From contig ADNK01000614.1 in NCBI GenBank assembly GCA_000320545.1, forward strand, positions 187,576 to 251,575: a DNA stretch of 64,000 nucleotides, given 5' to 3'. Shown piece after piece: positions 59,067-64,000 of the stretch (positions within the stretch are counted from its first letter, which is position 1; each line of letters begins with the position of its first letter). The notes under the pieces were generated by a model, which ran no database searches, was not told the origin of the DNA, and saw only the letters and a list, made by a program, of their open reading frames with translations. Both the position numbers and the translations under genes were made by a program. Origin of the DNA: Bigelowiella natans CCMP2755 (taxonomy: Eukaryota > Protista > Cercozoa).

Positions 59067-59446
59067 CGTCGTAAATTCCGCGATGTCGCGAGAAAAAGTC
59101 TGTTTTCCATACAAAATCCGAGTCGTCATCATGGCTCTGCCTTTCATAGCCCTCCTCACTGATCTGTCGAAGCTCCTCCGAAATGTCGTCGAAGACATCA
59201 TCTGAATTTTGGGGAGATAGGGTGAGCAGAGGAGGGTGTAAGACAACGCAGCACAACGCACATCTCACGCACGTAAGTGGTGCAATGTAGGCAATGGCAA
59301 GGACTCGCAAAGACACACTGCGATTGATGTTGTGCTTATATCAATATCAAATTGCACTGATGAAGAAATGCATCATGCTTCTTGTGAAGGACCTCACTTT
59401 CCTCTTTCTTCACTTTTCTTCGCTTTCTCCCTCTCACCTCCCCCCC

Positions 59447-59488
<42 letters not shown>

Positions 59489-59683
59489 TATGTTTCGTTA
59501 AAATACTTGCCTGTTCTCTCATCTAATATACTGCATCACCTTGGCGCTTGGGGTGCTGTCGTCCGTCGTCGTTTGCTCTGCCGCTGCCATGAAGATGTCT
59601 CATTTTCCTCTCCACATACTCTTCGTCTATGTAATGATGATCAAGTGTGAATTGTTCACTTTCTTGCACCAACTCAACCAATA

Positions 59684-59728
<45 letters not shown>

Positions 59729-60381
59729 ATATATAAATAAATAAATATATATATATATATATATATTTAATAAAGTAAATAATATAAACCCATCGTGTCA
59801 TCATCATCGGTTGAGGAGAGCCGGGGATGGCCGTCTTCACTATAAGTATCTTCATGGCATTGGTATTCACAGCCCATCTGATATAAATGGTGTTAGCGAA
59901 GTAGTTTTAATGATTCTAGTAGGAGGGAACGAGAGGCGTACATGTTGATGATAAGGAAAGACACCCACTCTCCTCCCCCCCTCCCCTCTCTCTCTCTTGT
60001 ACCTTTTCCAGGGTACGAGCAACTTTTCTCGAATATGTGCGCTCCTTCCGACGACGATTGTCTATCTCATCGTTGTATCTGGTGTGAGGAAGAGGGCGTG
60101 TGCTCAAGATTGCATCCACCATCTCCTTCCTACTGCTTTCTTCCCGACCGTCGTGGTATTCGTACCAACGCGCCGGAAGGGGACGAGTTTGGAGCTGATG
60201 ACGACGATCATTAATTTATTTAGTCAGGGCAGCAACACCACCAACCATCAGTTCATTTTTAACAACGATTATGGCGTTATTGCCGTATACTACTTGCGAG
60301 CGTAACGTAGAACACGGACACAGCTAAAACGACGATCGAAATAGTGAAAGCTCAAGTTTCTCAAAGCGAATATAAACATCA

Positions 60382-60419
<38 letters not shown>

Positions 60420-61563
60420 TTATGTTTATATGCAAATAATGACTGCAGCGGCAAGGGGCGGGGGGGGTGGGGGCCAAAACCTCATGAACAGAGCCGTCTT
60501 TGTTGTCGCGCATAACTAGCCGCCGCCGCAATTTGGAATTCCTGTGGAAAATGAGAGGAAACGATGAGGGAGAACTGCATGTTGGATCAGCAAAGGACAA
60601 GAAGTAATGATCATAACAAGCCTTTGCCCTAGAAAACAATAGCTGAAATCCATAAAGATATTATAAATCACGCTGAACTGTTCTTTCCTGTGGCTGTACG
60701 TGTTTCACATTTGTCCCCCCCCCCCCTTCTCTGCTCTTAATTTTTCGTGTAGGAGCAGAACATCCGATGATTGACTGATTCATTTGCATTTGTGGTAGCT
60801 AAGGAGTTTTTGCACTACTAGGACAACTAACTACGCACGCACGGGTCGTAAACGAAGACGCCGTCCTTTTCATGCTGAACGTCCTTATGCTCTACTTGCT
60901 CGTCGTGGGGGTCGCCTTTCCCGCTCTTTGGCAGTCTAGCCACGCGTATCTAGACGGCACAGTACCATGTAGTATTATTGGCATTATCAATGCTTGCTGC
61001 GACATTTCCTTTCTGCCTATTCGTTCTGTTGTCTTTCCGAAACAAACGGTTCTTCAACATAGAAGGTGGCTGTTCTAACATCGTCGTCGTTAGTGTTGTT
61101 GTGTTGCTCGGTGGTTGACGAATTAATTCAGCTGCAGTTGGATTGCATCGTACCTCGTCGTCTTCGTCGAAGATCCCCCCCCGCCCTCTCCTCCTCCTGC
61201 TTCCAGGTGGCTCGTCAAAGCTCAGCAGGTGCGGTTCCTTCTCCGACTTAATGTTATGCTGCTCCTGAGGAGTGGAGGAGAAGGAGGAGGAGGAGGAGGA
61301 GGGGTTGTCCGAGCACAAACGGACAAACAAGAGGGACCGCAGCAGCAGCAGCAGCAGCAGATGGTGATCAATAAACGCATTTTGAATGATGAAGAACATG
61401 ATGCCGATGAAGTAGTAGAGAAATCCCAACCCTTCTTTCGTCTCTACTACATGCACATTCCTTCTGCTTCTTTTTCTGCCTGTTCTTCTTCTTCTTCTTC
61501 TTCTTTATTAACATCATCATCATCGTCCTCTCCTACTTCCTCCTTTATATCATCATCAACAAC

Positions 61564-61598
<35 letters not shown>

Positions 61599-63233
61599 CA
61601 GTGTATCCTTCCATTGCTCCTCCGTGTCGTCAGGCGCAGCGCCCCCGTCGTCGCACGATGAAGTTGTCTTTTCAAACATTACATCCATGCGTGGGTTGAG
61701 GCTGCCGTCTTCGAGGACAAGCTCCCTCTCGATCTGTGCGTAAGAAAAGGGATTGCTGTTATGCTGCTGCGGTAGCAGTGGAGGAAAACGACGATACGCG
61801 AGTAGAAAGGAGTAGAGGAGAGGAGGAAGGCTGCTGAATTTGTTGTAGCTGCGTCGTATGCCGTTAAGAAAGTGTGATGGATGGATGGATAGATGGATGG
61901 ATGGATGACGAAGAAGATCGTGATCGAAATTTTGACATTGATGATGATGATGATGATGGTGATGATGACAACGATAGATGGATCCTGGGGGGAGGGGGGG
62001 GGGGATGACCGCAATGAATTCAGTGCCTAGCGGAAGGCTCGATATCTGATATGTAAATACGCACTTGTGTGTTTGTGCGTGTGTGCGTGTGTGTGTGTGT
62101 GGGTGTTTGTGTGGATAATTGTGTGGTGCAGAACATCTTTGGTAGTTGTAGTAGTAGTAGTAGTAGTTGTAGTAGTAGTAAGTAGTAATAGTAGTAATGC
62201 GTTGGTGACTATCTTGTGCAAACATGCATCATCCGATCATTACTGTTACCACCATGTATAGGAGAAAGGGTAAAGGAAAGAATGCAATTCGACATGATGT
62301 TCGCAATATGTTGTTTTATCATCGATTTTCTCCGGTTTCTCTGCATCCCGTTGTTCTTGTTGTTGTTGATGATGATGATATTGTTGCTATATTGCTGTCT
62401 CTCATCACACTATAAACGTGGCCCCCTTTTCATTTCGGGACGGATTGAATTCGGCCATGTCTCCATTTCTGCTCGGTGTAAAAACATACACCCCACCCTC
62501 ACAACTGAGCAGAACAATGTGTGAGATGTTTTCGTACTAAAGCAACCGTCGGAATATGAATATCCCCAATATATTCGACCAAATTATAAAAATAAACCAG
62601 TTTTTTGGAAGTCGAATGCTTGATCGTCCCCCCCCCCCCCCCCCCCCTTATCCTCATCCTCGTCGTCATCATTGGCACGTACTTGTAGAGTGTGTAGAAG
62701 GTGTTGAAATCAGGGATGATGCTATTGAGATAAGCGAAGATGGCTGTGCACGGGAGATCGGCCGGCAGAAAGATTGAGCTGTGAATAGTAATATTGGTTT
62801 ATTATAGGTTGTTATTGCTATTATGACGGTGATGGGCTCACATCCCATTGTCATCATCACCACCATCTCATGAGCTGCCAAGAAGGACCAACAGCAGGAG
62901 TCACAGTAGCAAACAACACCAATGGCAAGATAGGCCACCTGATCGAGTTGTTCGGAAGCAAGATATGGATATTCGGAACGTAGCTTTTCCCGTCCGCAGG
63001 GCGAAGATCTAGCATTGGACTCGTTTTACCCCCTCTGCTGCTGCTGCTGCTGCTTTCCATCCGTTCTTTTGTGGCTGCTCCAGTGGTAGGGGAGGGCTGC
63101 TGGCGGTGTTGTTGTTGCCGCTGTTGCTTTGGTGGCTTGTGGTGCTCTTCTAAGGTAAGGTCTCTCAAGCCAGTCTTCAAAGTAACAACACCCCGGAAAA
63201 ACAGAAACATGAATATGTATGTATGAAATACAA

Positions 63234-63289
<56 letters not shown>

Positions 63290-63970
63290 CACACTCAGGC
63301 GATGATCTGACATCTGCTTCCTTCGTCTCATGTTGCATGTATAGTAGAACATGGCCATCACCGCCACCATCACCCCACCATCACCACCACCCCCCCCCCC
63401 TCACTTCCTCCTCTTCCTCCTTCTCCCAACAGCAAAAGCAAAGCTGGGAGCAGTAAAAACAAGCAAACACCTCCAATACAGCAGTCATTTTTCCTTCCTT
63501 TGGCTGCCTTCCTACCCTCCTTGTGCGGAGGAATTCCAGCGGGTCGCTATCCCTCTCCCCCCCCTGCTGTTGCTGCTTAATCTCGCCATCTTTTCGTCGT
63601 CGAGCGTTCCGCTCTTCCTCATGGGCTGTCAGCTGGTTGTGAAACATCATCGCATGGAGGAGGAGGAGGAGGAGGAGGAGGAGGAGAAGGAGGAGAAGGA
63701 GGAGGAGGAGGAAGAAGGAGGGGGGGTATTTCGATCGATAGTAGTTGCTGTTAGTAGTTAATGGACATTTTTTTTTCATATATGGCATTCCGGCGGAGGG
63801 AGGAGGAGTGGGTCCTCGCGGGGGGGGGAATAAAACCTCTTTTTATGTCTCTCTCCCTCATCCCTACAGGGTGCGTGAGTTGCGTGTGGGTAAGACAATA
63901 AATCTAACTCGTTCATCAGCTTTGGGGGGGGGAAAGGCCCTCATCGATTCTCTATTTAAGCCAATACTCT
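58975..63970 (-). CDS. Partial multi-exon hypothetical gene running off the right edge; product not identified
   Basis: Protein-like exons bounded by AG/GT between microsatellite introns, e.g. SIFLPADLPCTAIFAYLNSIIPDFNTFYTLY and IRVARLPKSGKGDPHDEQ..GVFVYDP; acidic last exon NSDDVFDDISEELRQ..DAASES*. Confidence 0.55.
59010..63850. repeat. Microsatellite-dense domain 4 (unidentified gene)
   Basis: (CA)n, (AT)n, (GAG)n, (GAT)n, (TAG)n and poly-C/G runs. Confidence 0.9.
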
Positions 63971-64000
63971 AGCTGTAGAGAAAGCAGTGAATTTCCGCCG

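Noticed and set aside
62400-63970. DENN-domain identity for the last gene
   Set aside because: Only vague similarity of short segments; not supportable without a profile search.

Overview
This is eukaryotic (protist-type) nuclear DNA with the standard code and GT-AG introns. I found no rRNA, tRNA, CRISPR array or autonomous mobile element. Manual splicing gives 19 protein-coding genes or gene parts: a terminal exon; a 7x RanBP2 zinc-finger protein; QTRT2; a signal-peptide MDR oxidoreductase; a CUE-CUE-OB/cold-shock protein; a P4H-type 2OG oxygenase; an ABCC transporter; a repeat+PhyH dioxygenase; a MOK/LF4 kinase; a kinesin-3 ending in a CaaX box; a cupin-Dabb fusion; an acidic Pro-rich protein; AP-4 sigma; a GH18-like protein; a C-type lectin receptor with a Cys-rich tail; a small membrane protein; GRWD1 with a possible signal leader; a tandem-S1 protein; and an unidentified partial gene. 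Three architectural signals stand out. (1) Genes switch strand at 17 of 18 junctions, forming head-to-head pairs separated by 0.56-1.1 kb tail-to-tail gaps. (2) Several of those gaps carry copies of one short degenerate element. (3) At the single break in the alternation there is a 476-bp tract with zero TpA but 14 CpG, suggesting a TpA-erasing mutational process opposite in direction to RIP. A chlorarachniophyte origin is my guess from the leader peptides and is not demonstrated. All gene models are hand-made from splice signals, frame continuity and remembered family motifs; no database searches were run.
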